Shown piece by piece: positions 48,601 to 56,172 of a stretch of DNA of 64,000 nt. Origin of the DNA: a virus; IMG/VR virus record IMGVR_UViG_3300044833_000115, positions 2,758 through 66,757 of that record, one strand, 5' to 3'. Position 1 is the first letter of the stretch. Each line of letters opens with the position of its first letter. The notes under the pieces were generated by a model. It saw only the letters and a list, made by a program, of their open reading frames with translations. It was not told the DNA's origin and made no database searches. The position numbers were made by a program, and so were the translations under genes.

Positions 48601-51600
48601 CGCCAGGTACTGCTTTATCGTCGCCCAGCAGTTCATTTCCAGGACGAACGCCATCTTCTCCAGTATCCCCGCTGCTTGCAGGCGGCGATACATCTGTGGG
48701 CGGTGAACCTTCCAGTGATTGATCAGGTTGGTTTCCCGGGGGCTTCCCGGCCACTGGTTCTCCCGGGCCAGGCGCGCCACCTCCCGGTTGCACCAGCGCA
48801 CCGTCTCCGGGTCCACCTGACTGCGATCCATCGGTCCCTTCCCGCGCCCATCGCGCGACTTCAGCATCTACCTCGGCGTGTGGCGTCAGGTCTGACGTGT
48901 CAAGACCGGGATAGTAGCGGGCATTCTCATACCACCCTCTGAGGTAAGGTCGAAACTCTTCGCCAACGTCCGCGACAATTTGACGTGCATAATCCGCAAA
49001 ATTGCGCACGCCTCGTTCGAGGTAATAGACCGCCAACTCGGCGCCGCCCTGCATCGTCTCGGCGTCCATCCCGCGCACGGCGAGTTGGGTGCCCGGCGTG
49101 GCAGGGTCGATGCCGGCCTTCATCGCCGCGGCCTTGGCGCGCAGCATGGCGCGGATCTGATCGGCCCGGCTCTCAGTGACCAAGGGGTTGTCTGGCGCGG
49201 TCAACGTGGGGGCCGGCGGCTGGGGCGCGGCAGCGGGTGGCGCGGCGGGCGGCTTCGGTGTGGACGCTGGCGGCGGGGGGGGCGTCGTCGGCCCGGGCGC
49301 AACCGAAGGGGGATTAGCTGTTTCCAGCGCAAGATTAGCTGGCGGTGTAGCCGGTGGCGGCTGGGGCGCGGGGGCTGCGGCCGGCTGCTGCCGGTAATCA
49401 ACCACCTGGGGAACGTGAAACACGTTGCGTAGGTTTTTGATCCCGCCGCCGGTCGCCGGATCGAAATCGCCGTTAATGGCGTCGTTCCAGTGAACCACGA
49501 TGCCGTCATGGCCTTGCGACTGGACAAGCGCCTTCAGCCGGTCGGTCATTTGCTGGACGACGGGTTCCGGCATCCCGAACGGGTTGGGATACTCCCACCC
49601 TGCCGCCTTGGTCAGCGCGCGCCATTGCTCATCCGACTGGATGATCAGGGGATTTTTGAGGGTTAGCTGGCCCGGCTCGACGTTCGGGCCAAACTCTGCG
49701 GCGTGCTCCGGGGTAAAGGCCGAATACCGGCCGCCGCCAAGGATAGGGAGTGCGACACCGTTGTAGGCGCTGGCGTTGTCCACCCGGCCAGTCGCCCGGA
49801 AGGTGTTGGTTGGAATGTCAGGGTGCGCGGCCTGCCAGGGGACACTCGGAGGCGGGGCAACTGGCGGGGGAGGTGGTGGTGCGGCGGGCGGCGCAACCGT
49901 TGGGGGCTTCGGTGCCGGGCCGCCGGGCACAATCGGGGGTGCGCCTGGCGGGGGAGGTGCTGCCCCCGCGGCGGGAGGATTAGCCGTTTTTGGCGCAGGA
50001 TTAGCCGGCGGTGTAGCCGATGGGGCAGGTGGGGGCACGTTTTTCGGATCACCCCCCGCGGCGATGATCGCCAAGGTTTCCTGTGGGGTCCGCGCCGGCG
50101 GATTAGCTGTTTTCGGCGTAGGATTAGCCGGCGGTGTAGCCGGCGGCACGGGGGCGGGCGGCGTCGGCGGCGCGGCGCCCGGCGGAGTCTCGGGCGGAGT
50201 TTGCGGTTGCGTCGGGGCGAGCAACCGCTGGCCGCCTGGCTGCTGCGCTGCTGCCGCGGCTTCCTGTTGCGCCTGGTAGCCGCGGCGAAGGGCGGGATCA
50301 ATGATCGGCAGTCGCGCGTCGTGCGCAGCCTGCCCGACCGCATGAGCCACCCCGGGCACACCAAACGCCGCCCCCGTGACAGCCCCGGCGATGCCGGCTT
50401 CAAGAACGCCCTCGGTCAAAGACTGCTTAGGGTCGTAGGTCCGCCGCGTGACGGCGTTCTCGACCGCCTGGTTCACCGCACTGGCAACGCTGAACTCGCC
50501 GCTCTTGGCGCCCATTTCCAAGATGGACTGAAGCACCCCGCTGCTCAATTCAGGGAGCACGGATTTGGCCGCCAGGCCGAGTGGCGTGGCAAAAATCCCC
50601 ACCGCCGCCAGCGATGAGTAGGCCGCGGCCTGATCCGCCTGTTGTGGCGTGGCCCCCTTGGTTACGGCCTTTTGGCGGGTGTCGTGGAACGTCTGCAAGC
50701 CGACCATCGCCAAGCCGGCGGGCGCCCCGCCGACCATGCCGGCCCCGACCATCGGGGCCATCTGGCCGACCATCCGCCCGGCGGTGGTGCCAATTCCCTC
50801 CTGGCCCTGGTCGACCGGAAACTCCCGCTGGGTCGCTGCTTCCAGCCCCGCGCCCGCCCGGGTCAGCGCGTTGGGGGTGCTGGCGTTCGCTACGAGCTCC
50901 GTCATCCCCGCGCGCATCTTGGCACGATCGTCAGGCCCGGCGCGCATGTAGGCGGTGACCTGGGATCGCTCGGCATCGCCCATGCCTTTGAACATGGCCG
51001 GGCCGGCGGTGCCCTTGTCGATCTGATCCATGCCAGTCAGGACGGCCGCTGCCGCATCGGCGTGGGCGCCGCGATAGACTTCCCCCGGCGTGCTGATGAT
51101 CGAGCCGGTGCCTTGCCCAAGCCCTTGCAGCGCGCTGTTGCGCACGGCGGTATTCCAGCTTTGCCCAGGCACCCGCACCCCGGTCTGGTTAAAGTCGCTG
51201 GGGGTCTGCTCGCTGATGTCGCCTGCCGCCTGCTGCGGAGTGGCGGGGAATGCCGCCTTAGCAGGGGGCGGGGCGGCAATCTGGCGGGCAGCAGCGGTCA
51301 CCGTGCCCGGCTGATCCGGCTGACCCTGGTTCTGCAACCGCCAATCCCAGCCGGCTTGATACGGCTTGCCATCGCCGACATTCCCGCGGGGCAGCGGTTG
51401 TTCCGGCGGCAAGGTCTGGCCCTGGTCGATCGGCCGGCCGAGGTCATCGACACCACCAGCCCCCGAGGCATCGTGCGGCGCGGGCGGCTGATAGCCGATC
51501 TTCGCCGAGAACGCGGGGAACGGCATGTCGCTGTAGAATTTGGCGTGCATCCCCCGCGCGAGCGCGGCATCCGACATATCGTCGTATTGCGGGTACTTCT

Positions 51601-51664
51601 GCCGGATCGTGTCCAGGCTGACCGCCGGTGCGGCGTCAGGCGGGTTGGCGTCATCGAGGGGCAT
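39638..51664 (-). CDS. 4008-aa DarB-like polyvalent internal virion protein (ART-like, N6-MTase, SNF2 helicase, HExxH metallopeptidase)
   Basis: ILEPSMGVGNF and IGNWPF (MTase); HEVGTGKT, VDEAH, SGTP, QRDGRGNRQGN (SF2); WHEAVH; LKNPL...GHDGI (ART-PolyVal-like); last large gene of the ejection module. Confidence 0.88.
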   Translation of the reverse strand: MPLDDANPPDAAPAVSLDTIRQKYPQYDDMSDAALARGMHAKFYSDMPFPAFSAKIGYQPPAPHDASGAGGVDDLGRPIDQGQTLPPEQPLPRGNVGDGKPYQAGWDWRLQNQGQPDQPGTVTAAARQIAAPPPAKAAFPATPQQAAGDISEQTPSDFNQTGVRVPGQSWNTAVRNSALQGLGQGTGSIISTPGEVYRGAHADAAAAVLTGMDQIDKGTAGPAMFKGMGDAERSQVTAYMRAGPDDRAKMRAGMTELVANASTPNALTRAGAGLEAATQREFPVDQGQEGIGTTAGRMVGQMAPMVGAGMVGGAPAGLAMVGLQTFHDTRQKAVTKGATPQQADQAAAYSSLAAVGIFATPLGLAAKSVLPELSSGVLQSILEMGAKSGEFSVASAVNQAVENAVTRRTYDPKQSLTEGVLEAGIAGAVTGAAFGVPGVAHAVGQAAHDARLPIIDPALRRGYQAQQEAAAAAQQPGGQRLLAPTQPQTPPETPPGAAPPTPPAPVPPATPPANPTPKTANPPARTPQETLAIIAAGGDPKNVPPPAPSATPPANPAPKTANPPAAGAAPPPPGAPPIVPGGPAPKPPTVAPPAAPPPPPPVAPPPSVPWQAAHPDIPTNTFRATGRVDNASAYNGVALPILGGGRYSAFTPEHAAEFGPNVEPGQLTLKNPLIIQSDEQWRALTKAAGWEYPNPFGMPEPVVQQMTDRLKALVQSQGHDGIVVHWNDAINGDFDPATGGGIKNLRNVFHVPQVVDYRQQPAAAPAPQPPPATPPANLALETANPPSVAPGPTTPPPPPASTPKPPAAPPAAAPQPPAPTLTAPDNPLVTESRADQIRAMLRAKAAAMKAGIDPATPGTQLAVRGMDAETMQGGAELAVYYLERGVRNFADYARQIVADVGEEFRPYLRGWYENARYYPGLDTSDLTPHAEVDAEVARWAREGTDGSQSGGPGDGALVQPGGGAPGPGEPVAGKPPGNQPDQSLEGSPPTDVSPPASSGDTGEDGVRPGNELLGDDKAVPGGGNAGDGRGGTGDQGLVTDGAGSGADHELIPTPARANFHIDDPEALIGGTPKVRFARNRAALDALAAIEDEQRDPSPDELKTMAGYIGWGSFGQDLFQGTFERPRPRPGWDVEAQWLRDRLGREAWNAAQDSIANAHYTDPITVKAMWDMAAKMGFKGGRILEPSMGVGNFFGLMPRDIMAASTLTGIEMDPTTGAMAKLLYPDAGIHIKGYEESLTPDDFYDLVIGNWPFHQIGPVDRRYARFSPTLHNYFFLKALDQVRPGGLVIGITAKGTMDSAGRATRLELARKGELLGAFRLPSGAFAKYAGTDVVTDLLVLRKRAEPSPNPALEPWVNSTDMNAPSGGQIRVNQHYQDNPSAVLGTLDFGHGATQKRPGMIVHRPDNLLQLLQDLPNRVPADGYQPTIRGNEQRFLANNTVARQNNVVIHDNGKLYQVKGDQLQPLEVSHSTLRKGTAAAVKARDEQVRGLVGMRLGYGALIDAERDGKPETEALRTALAGQYAAFLAKHGTIAKSDGLTVLRRVDDPGWPMVAALERADGTPSQILSEPTVRSRRSMENPSIGDAYVLARNEQANFDIARVAELAKQPQAAVEQHLVDSGAVFRTPGGGFEPADSYLSGNVRRKLAEAQQALANGETAIQHSIDALTEVIPKTKPYYMIQANLGAAWVGDETYRQFVKDILNLTPDEAKTGVAINFVAARWKVRLDAGVQGRTEARQVWGHPRVDFEDLLKAAMGNTVIRIMDPADRDGGPYFNEKASEAANAKVAGLREKFSEWAWQDPLRKVQLEAAYNETMRAIAPARFDGSFMDMSGMALKRGNDPFSLRQHQVNGIWRGVVTGRGFFAHEVGTGKTYTMGGIAIEGRRYGVFRKPMLFAHNANSAAVSREIQQMYPGARIHYVDNLAPAMIKTTLHRIANEDWDLVVMPHSVMDKLALTRATLDALAAEQIAALESEAIDAAMEAGVVLTPEMMDGKPEDLAKLRLPPTAKDLVTARKRLKAKIDKMALRASAPGAVTFEQLGVDAIMVDEAHLFKKPVISTQMRVKGLNTTASNRSIALDFLTGYIKQQNNGRGVYLFSGTPITNTLNEVFNQSRYFMQDRMEAAGAGEWDTWFNTFADAENDVELTAAGTYEPVKRLAQFSNVDELVALMSEFTDVVQAKDMPEFKPRATADGKTLHSPDLSPADREFLTNGRTEKPEGRPYLRIINDVGQMSEHQRAILDDVRERVQSYRALSGKEKRELTFAHLGPPDPVTGKRTAFKPPDPRLPLITEADPPRASLDQRMYDPDLPEDPESKTNRVVRNVLRIYQEPKAAQAIFIDTGYNPAKSSEGRENRFVLVNDLIAKLVKGGIPRGEIALFGGGLTGEQKESLAQQMSVGTKRVAIGQTETMGTGVNMQPLLRAMHHMDAPWMPGDLEQRDGRGNRQGNTWNTVEEYRYITEGLDGKRWQVLRAKDNFIKKFISAFNDTSGEFIGSIEGDATEISDKEDVLASLSAAAGDPRIMQRAQYRAQVDKLARRERLHTVGQADAIQSLHRLKSAQQQHLAEAQRYAGWAKTWEEARVRAGAVQTALRKTHLLYDAWVDTEPKGRLSGAAWGPKGRLSGAAWAARNAARDAARKAGLSGIAGGVSSIDPEHGRTAFYSAAEIQDAIDAQVKALVPGDQQTLAVINGFTVVADWTNQKRTAPLYYIDDAAGTEVGEIQSPSIARITNRLNGMAGAADAAMYRHGEAAKSMGALESQAKQDFPQRDALLKKRLQLAKLEDDLQANPIPPPAWLRFGAPLDSDIYVNGEKRIVRGHRMGDDYSLTTDEGDVPYMQAKDENGQPLFEQHPLPPPPKPKEMPGWAKTAGQTHGVTPIWSEGDIALTVGPDQFGDPYFGVIKKGLNQPPFNSQYGRPREIDHKEWEAAENARDDHIAREANRAALEASRAPAAVEPEPAALTTAYDTDLQNGTMSLTGGRHVADDDSQFSKRRKGKSNAKPTAPVPPSAPDTQAARARLIQAATGMMRFMGLPEKVGLALVNSIPVKGTAGADAMYQSDRALITYALDTDASEAPVKIWHEAVHALMDPKLGLLTDGQRKALIAGGKRWLYDGQKGVSRRQRLADIGYDSAKMVDEAIARLAEEALQRGMQPRTLIGGAFERMQNFAHGIGQVLHGEGYLTAEDVMRGLMRGEQALPGSREAMDAAANPDANLALKTANPPAGAPSGQQAIPSGQQAPPSGQRAPIEQRIDEEFPPEGTPRSVGDVLGDQAGEQYAMRRRPGMGHNRGPMETAKDAVDDIQWLFSPTSRGAAKDMERVVRGRAALQAQSAARTTHALERFRHVIGRLPEAAQLNITDRMERGLPQASPQLQAVADAIRAQLDLWTARIQSLPGHLLDDANEFYMGRIYSNHEEWAAGLPAGAQTPQQAVGPAIGAGLGKSPMRGSGNFMKRRGFEYQSDAIHAGLKPVTANPIEMQTLKLREMQRFYHGTKLGNEIKDAGLARWVPVEQERRAQQLGLVMLKDPFFQPKTREAAHGDNSHGNWYAPEMLATIFNNYVSAGIAGNFVPYDMMRVAGNALNQLQLGLSGFHATFIGLDTMTSRLALGLQQLSRGDVGPGVVNAALGFSPWTIASTIQKGSKLRSAYLDPQNATPEWRKLAQMLNAGGGRINMDMFYRSNASGSFFKNLTDLKNPDGAFREAWHIVRDTPLTSPFRLVGRVLETITEPLMGQMVPRAKLGVFAMLAQDWLRRNPNASPTEASDAMIKFWDSVDNRMGQMVYDNVFWHKGLKDIAFVVTRSVGWNFGTIREIAGAGVDTVKQIGRMARGQTPELTARMAYTIAMTVIAATLGAIMTYLFTGHGPQEMLDYFYPPTGQVVDGVKQRWQIPGYIKDVRAWAMAPFQTLANKSSPLLSMAQQVLNNRDYYGSSIYDSRVDNPAVAYSEYLLNQALPFSFRAQHKLSGAGAGMLGQSLAFWGVNPAPASITDPARAAAWQERHDNAALRNRAKHAGDQIHQGGQ
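43804..43868. repeat. In-frame 33-bp tandem duplication (PKGRLSGAAW x2)
   Basis: CCCACGCTGCCCCCGAAAGCCGCCCTTTGGGT at 43804 and 43837. Confidence 0.9.
48514..48831 (-). CDS. Nested overprinted gene, TnpV-like, inside the DarB-like gene
   Basis: Own RBS GGAAGGGA and ATG; HWKVHRPQMYRRLQAAGIL...AEEQATKDWLL; the host frame is a Gly/Asp/Pro linker over the same interval. Confidence 0.7.
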   Translation of the reverse strand: MDRSQVDPETVRWCNREVARLARENQWPGSPRETNLINHWKVHRPQMYRRLQAAGILEKMAFVLEMNCWATIKQYLAAGMPVTDAEEQATKDWLLMGPEAEQTTN

Positions 51665-51669
51665 GGCGC

Positions 51670-54600
51670 TTACCGGATACCGAGGGGGTCAGCGGGCGCG
51701 TCGGTAGCCGCCGGCGGCAGCGTCCCGCCAGGGTCAGATTCGCCATCGGCTCCGTTCGCCTGCCGTAGCTTGTTGCCGGCAGCGTGCGCCGCCGCGGGCG
51801 TCAACTGCGGCTTGCCCATGATATCCTTGTTCAGCCCATAAAACTTGATGTCTTCGTCGGTGGCGCCCTTCGTCTTCAGGTAATCGTGCCACTTCGCGGT
51901 CTCATCTGCGGTCATCAGCCGGCCGCTGATCTGGGCGGCTCGATAGTTGTTCAATGCCGCCTGGGCATCGCCTCTCTGATCCACCGATTGCTGTTGGCGC
52001 GAGCCCCGGCCGGCGTAGCCCTTTGCCGCCTCGATGGCGTCCGGCAGCGACATCCCCAGCCCCCCCTTTTCGACCGGCGCGGTAAGGGCGGTGATGTTGC
52101 TGCGTTCTTCCTCGGCGCCCGTGAGCCCGCGGCCGACTTGGTTCATCGCCTTGATCGTCGCCATCTGGAGGGCGTTGTTGATCCGGTCCTGGGCATCCTG
52201 GTGGCGCGTGTCGATGCCGTAATTCCGGCTGTTGACGGTCGCCTCGTGGTACGCCTGCGCCGTCACCAGTTGCGCACGGGTCTCGTCCACCTTAGCCGCC
52301 AATGCCTTGGCCGCTTGATCCGCCGACACGTATTGCTTCATGCCTTCCATGGCCCCTGCGCCGATATTGGTCAGGGCGTGCGGGCTGGTGCCTGCCATCA
52401 TGCCGAACCCAGCCTGCATCACAGACAGCCACGGATTCGCGTGGTCCTCTTTGGCGGCGCGGGTCTGCATCAGAGAGTCGATCCAGTCGTGGTTCGATGG
52501 TGTCGTCGTTGGGCTTGGCCTTGCGTTCGCTGGCCGATCCGGTGGGGCGGACGGCGACGGCAGCGGCCCATCGTCATCCGTCGGCGGGGGGGCATGGGCA
52601 AACCCACGGTGAACCGGGGCGTGGGAGGGGGCACTTCCCCCCGGGGGCAGCGGCGGGGTCGGCATATCGTCATCAGTGTCGGTCGCGGCGGACGGTGGCG
52701 GCGGTGGCGCCCCATCGTTGGCCGGCGGAGGGATAAACCGATCGGGCGAGAACATGGTGGGATCGAAGTCTGGTGCCGGCGCGTCAGTGCCCACGGCCCC
52801 GCCATCAGGGAAGCCGCCGCGGGCGAAGCCGTTGACCAAGCCGCCACGCTTGCCCCCGCCGCCGGCGTCGTTGGAGGTGGGAGTCGCCGGCAGGCCGTTG
52901 AAGAAACCTTGGTCCACCACGCTGGGCGTCGGCGTGGCGGGCGCCCCTGGGCCGAACTGCGGCGCGGCATGGCTTGCCCCGGCCGCGTTTTGCGCGAGGT
53001 AGGCGGTCAGTTGGTCGGAGGCCGAGCCGCTGCCCGATGAGCCGCTGCCCGCCGCCGCCGGGGTGTTGACCATCATGGTCGGCACGCCGCGGCCCTGGGC
53101 ATCGGGCACCATCGATACTGAGATCGGCGCCGAGCCGCCGGCCGCAAAGCCCTGGGGCAGGATCGGCACCGATCCGCCGCGATTGCTGGACTGGCTATTG
53201 CTGGCCGGGGGCTTTCCGAAGCCGCTCATCGCCTTGGCGAAAGCCTGGCCTTCCGCCAGGGGGTCTTCCAGCTTGGCGCCCGTCGGCGGCTTGGGGATCG
53301 TGTTGCCATGCCGCGCAGCCGTGGGTGCGGACGGAATGGGGGATAGACCGAGGTTGAGTGTCCCGAAGCCTGTGGGATCGGGGGAGGCTGGCGCATCGCC
53401 CACCGCGCCGCCGCCGTCGAACCCCTTCGTCCCCCCGCCGCGGTTGAAATGCACCTGCGAGCCCAGCGCGTTCGCTGCCATGCCGCCGGCCGGCCCGCCC
53501 CAGTACGTCGCGGCGATGGCCCCGGCGGTCTTCAGGATCGAGCCGATCGTGCTGTCACCACTGCCGGGGGTGTTGGTGGTCGTGCCGTAGTTTTTCTTCA
53601 TGTCCGACGTGCCCCCCGCCATGCCGCCGCTGGGGATGATCGAGGCGCCGGCATCCGGCACGCCCCCGCCCCCGCCTGTCACGTCGGTTGCGCCAGGAAC
53701 GACGCCGTTGATGGTCAGATCCGGCACGCTGCCCCCGGCGTCAAAGCCGCGGACGCCCCCCCCAGACCGGTAGACGGTGGAGAGGCCGGCGGCGGCTTGG
53801 GCGGCGCCAGCATCGGCAATTGCCCCAGTCCCGTTATAAATCCCATTGGTGAAACTTGAGGCATTGCTCCCGAGGCCGCTGAACAATCCGGCCTGATTGG
53901 CGATCCCTGCCGCGCCCACCGCGGCGGTGCCAAAGCCGGCGACTTGCGACGCCGTGGACGGGCCAGGCGCGGTGGTGCTGCCGGTGCCGCCCGCGCCGCT
54001 ACCCAGCCCCTGGGCGATGTTGGAGAGCCAACCGGTCTGCTGGTACGGGTAGGCAAGCTGCGCAAGGTATTGCTGATAGGGGATGTTCAACGCCTGCTGG
54101 GCCTGCTGCTGCTGCTGCGAACCGGCACTCAGGTCGGCGCTGCCCTCGGCCAGGGTGTTCGATAGCGCCTGGTTGCCCAGCCCCGCCATGCCGCTGCCGG
54201 CCTGCGAGTTGAGCCAGCCCTGGGACTGCGCGGCCGACAGGCCCATCTGCCCGAGCCCGGCGAAGCCGGCGCCCGCCTGTTGCTGGATCGCCGCCTGCTG
54301 CTGGGCAGCGGTCATCGACTGCGCGCCCAGCCCGGCAATCCCGGATGCACCCTGCAACTGCCGGGCGGCGGTGTTCTGCTGCGCCGACAGGTTGGTTGCC
54401 TGCTGGGTGTTGAATTCCTGCTGCGCGTTCTGAAAGCCGGTGTTGTTCAGCCCGGCGATCACTGGCGCCTGGGCCATCTGCTGCTGGCCGGCAAGCTGGG
54501 CTTGGGCCACGCCGAGACGATCCCCGCCCAACGCGCCCTTGGAGGCGGCGTTGCCCGATAGCGCAGTCTGCGCCTGGGCGTTTTGGGTGTTGAACTGCGC

Positions 54601-55068
54601 CTGGGTGGCGTCCACCACCTGCTGCGTGTAGGGCGACTGGAAGCCCTGGATCGCCGCGCCGGAATACTGCGTCGGGTCGATCGCCTGCGAGCCGCCGGCG
54701 AACCCCTGCGCCGCCTGCGTCTGGTATGGCGACAGCGCACCCTGAAGGTTCGCCGATGCGGCCTGCGTGTATTGCTGGTTGGCCTGGTCGCTTTGCGGCT
54801 GGAACGACGGCGTAAGCGAGTTGGTGGCGTTGGTGAAGTCGGTCGCCGCCGTGTTGATGTACGGCGCGCTGATCCCGTTCGCGGCGGAGGTGGTGTCAAA
54901 ACCCTGCTGCTGAAGCGGGCTGAAGCCTGCCTGTAGCTGCCCGCTGTATTGCTGGTAGGGCGTAGACGCATCCTGGTTAGCGCGAGCAAGAACTTGGGAA
55001 TACGCGTCTAGGTATTGCTGAGGTGGGGCATTGCTACTTACGGTTGTCTGGCCGCCGCCGCCGCTCAT
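51670..55068 (-). CDS. Internal virion/DNA ejection protein
   Basis: MSGGGGQTTV start, Gln/Ala/Gly-rich, SPYTQQVV, GFGMMAGTSPHALTNIG; paired FxxGG motifs. Confidence 0.8.
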   Translation of the reverse strand: MSGGGGQTTVSSNAPPQQYLDAYSQVLARANQDASTPYQQYSGQLQAGFSPLQQQGFDTTSAANGISAPYINTAATDFTNATNSLTPSFQPQSDQANQQYTQAASANLQGALSPYQTQAAQGFAGGSQAIDPTQYSGAAIQGFQSPYTQQVVDATQAQFNTQNAQAQTALSGNAASKGALGGDRLGVAQAQLAGQQQMAQAPVIAGLNNTGFQNAQQEFNTQQATNLSAQQNTAARQLQGASGIAGLGAQSMTAAQQQAAIQQQAGAGFAGLGQMGLSAAQSQGWLNSQAGSGMAGLGNQALSNTLAEGSADLSAGSQQQQQAQQALNIPYQQYLAQLAYPYQQTGWLSNIAQGLGSGAGGTGSTTAPGPSTASQVAGFGTAAVGAAGIANQAGLFSGLGSNASSFTNGIYNGTGAIADAGAAQAAAGLSTVYRSGGGVRGFDAGGSVPDLTINGVVPGATDVTGGGGGVPDAGASIIPSGGMAGGTSDMKKNYGTTTNTPGSGDSTIGSILKTAGAIAATYWGGPAGGMAANALGSQVHFNRGGGTKGFDGGGAVGDAPASPDPTGFGTLNLGLSPIPSAPTAARHGNTIPKPPTGAKLEDPLAEGQAFAKAMSGFGKPPASNSQSSNRGGSVPILPQGFAAGGSAPISVSMVPDAQGRGVPTMMVNTPAAAGSGSSGSGSASDQLTAYLAQNAAGASHAAPQFGPGAPATPTPSVVDQGFFNGLPATPTSNDAGGGGKRGGLVNGFARGGFPDGGAVGTDAPAPDFDPTMFSPDRFIPPPANDGAPPPPPSAATDTDDDMPTPPLPPGGSAPSHAPVHRGFAHAPPPTDDDGPLPSPSAPPDRPANARPSPTTTPSNHDWIDSLMQTRAAKEDHANPWLSVMQAGFGMMAGTSPHALTNIGAGAMEGMKQYVSADQAAKALAAKVDETRAQLVTAQAYHEATVNSRNYGIDTRHQDAQDRINNALQMATIKAMNQVGRGLTGAEEERSNITALTAPVEKGGLGMSLPDAIEAAKGYAGRGSRQQQSVDQRGDAQAALNNYRAAQISGRLMTADETAKWHDYLKTKGATDEDIKFYGLNKDIMGKPQLTPAAAHAAGNKLRQANGADGESDPGGTLPPAATDAPADPLGIR

Positions 55069-55619
55069 AACGAAAGCCCAACGTCAAGCGCGGGGTAAAC
55101 GTAGAAAGCGCCGACCTGATTCATCGACCTCGAATACAGCCGCATCTTGGCGTCGATGCGCTTGGTCCCGGTGACTCCGGACAGCAGATAGACGCGCTCG
55201 CCCTGGGACTCACTCAGGCGGTCGGCGAGCCAGCACTCGTACTTGAGCAGATCCGCGCCGGCCCGGGCGTTGCGGGCTTCGGGGGCGACATAAAGGACGA
55301 TCTCGCGGAGGAACGTGGCCCGCGACCACCACCAGGAATCAGGCGTCAGGATAGCGACCGCGACGGGCTGGCCGGGTTTGCCGTCGATGACCAGCGTGAA
55401 GCCGCCGCGCTTGCGGGTGCCGACCTCGATCAGGCTGGTGATGCGCTTGATGTCGGGGGGGGCTATCGCGCTGGCGTTCTCTTCCAGATCCGCCAGGAGC
55501 AGATCGAGGATCGCCGGCTCATCGCGCGGCCCCGCCAGCCGCACATTGGTCGGCCGTTCAACCGGCCCGACGATGGGGGCTGGTTCAGCCGGTGGCGGTA
55601 ACAGGTGAAGGTGGAGCAA
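55065..55619 (-). CDS. GNAT-fold protein in the virion module
   Basis: VRLAGPRDEPAI...LYVAPEARNARAG. Confidence 0.68.
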   Translation of the reverse strand: MLHLHLLPPPAEPAPIVGPVERPTNVRLAGPRDEPAILDLLLADLEENASAIAPPDIKRITSLIEVGTRKRGGFTLVIDGKPGQPVAVAILTPDSWWWSRATFLREIVLYVAPEARNARAGADLLKYECWLADRLSESQGERVYLLSGVTGTKRIDAKMRLYSRSMNQVGAFYVYPALDVGLSL

Positions 55620-56172
55620 GGGCGGCGCCTTTCGGGCTTATCCCTGCTCCCCCCTCCCGGCGACCGACACGGCCCGGATTGAAGAAGGTGCGATCGGGTA
55701 AGCAACCGAAAGCGTGGAGCACCCCCACCTGCGGAAGCCGTCGTTGATACAAGAGAACTTTAGGCCGCTGTTCGCTGGTTGTCAGCGTCGGCATGAACAC
55801 CGGTATAGGCACATCCGAGTTCGACTGCATCGTGTCGTAGAGCCAGCGCACATAGCTGACCATGCGTGAAGCACGATCAGTCTTACGAAAAGCGGGGGCA
55901 ACGCCGAGCCATTTGACCATGAGATGGCATTCGTCGGTGTAGTCGAATGCGTCCACGGTGGCGCCGACGCTGGCCTCGATCTCACCAGACTCCCCAGTGA
56001 CGATGCCGGCGATAGCCCGATCGCGGTCAACGCAGCGTGCGACCAGGGTTGTAACCTTGGCGACCGAGACTTGCTGCGCGGCGTCTTCTTCGTAGATCGG
56101 GAGGACGAACGCGAGCAACGCATCGGCGTCCCCTCTTGTTGCGATCCTGAGACCATACGGATTTTCAGCCAC
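55585..56172 (-). CDS. Second GNAT-fold paralogue
   Basis: LRIATRGDADAL...LGVAPAFRKTDRA; GTG at 56172. Confidence 0.68.
   Translation of the reverse strand: MAENPYGLRIATRGDADALLAFVLPIYEEDAAQQVSVAKVTTLVARCVDRDRAIAGIVTGESGEIEASVGATVDAFDYTDECHLMVKWLGVAPAFRKTDRASRMVSYVRWLYDTMQSNSDVPIPVFMPTLTTSEQRPKVLLYQRRLPQVGVLHAFGCLPDRTFFNPGRVGRREGGAGISPKGAALAPPSPVTATG

Noticed and set aside
40586-48706. Several long plus-strand ORFs (669, 534, 397, 414 aa)
   Set aside because: Antisense shadows of the DarB-like gene
49310-50140. Repeats as a CRISPR array or promoters
   Set aside because: Irregular spacing, in frame within a CDS, no cas genes, and no -35 element paired with GCTAATC
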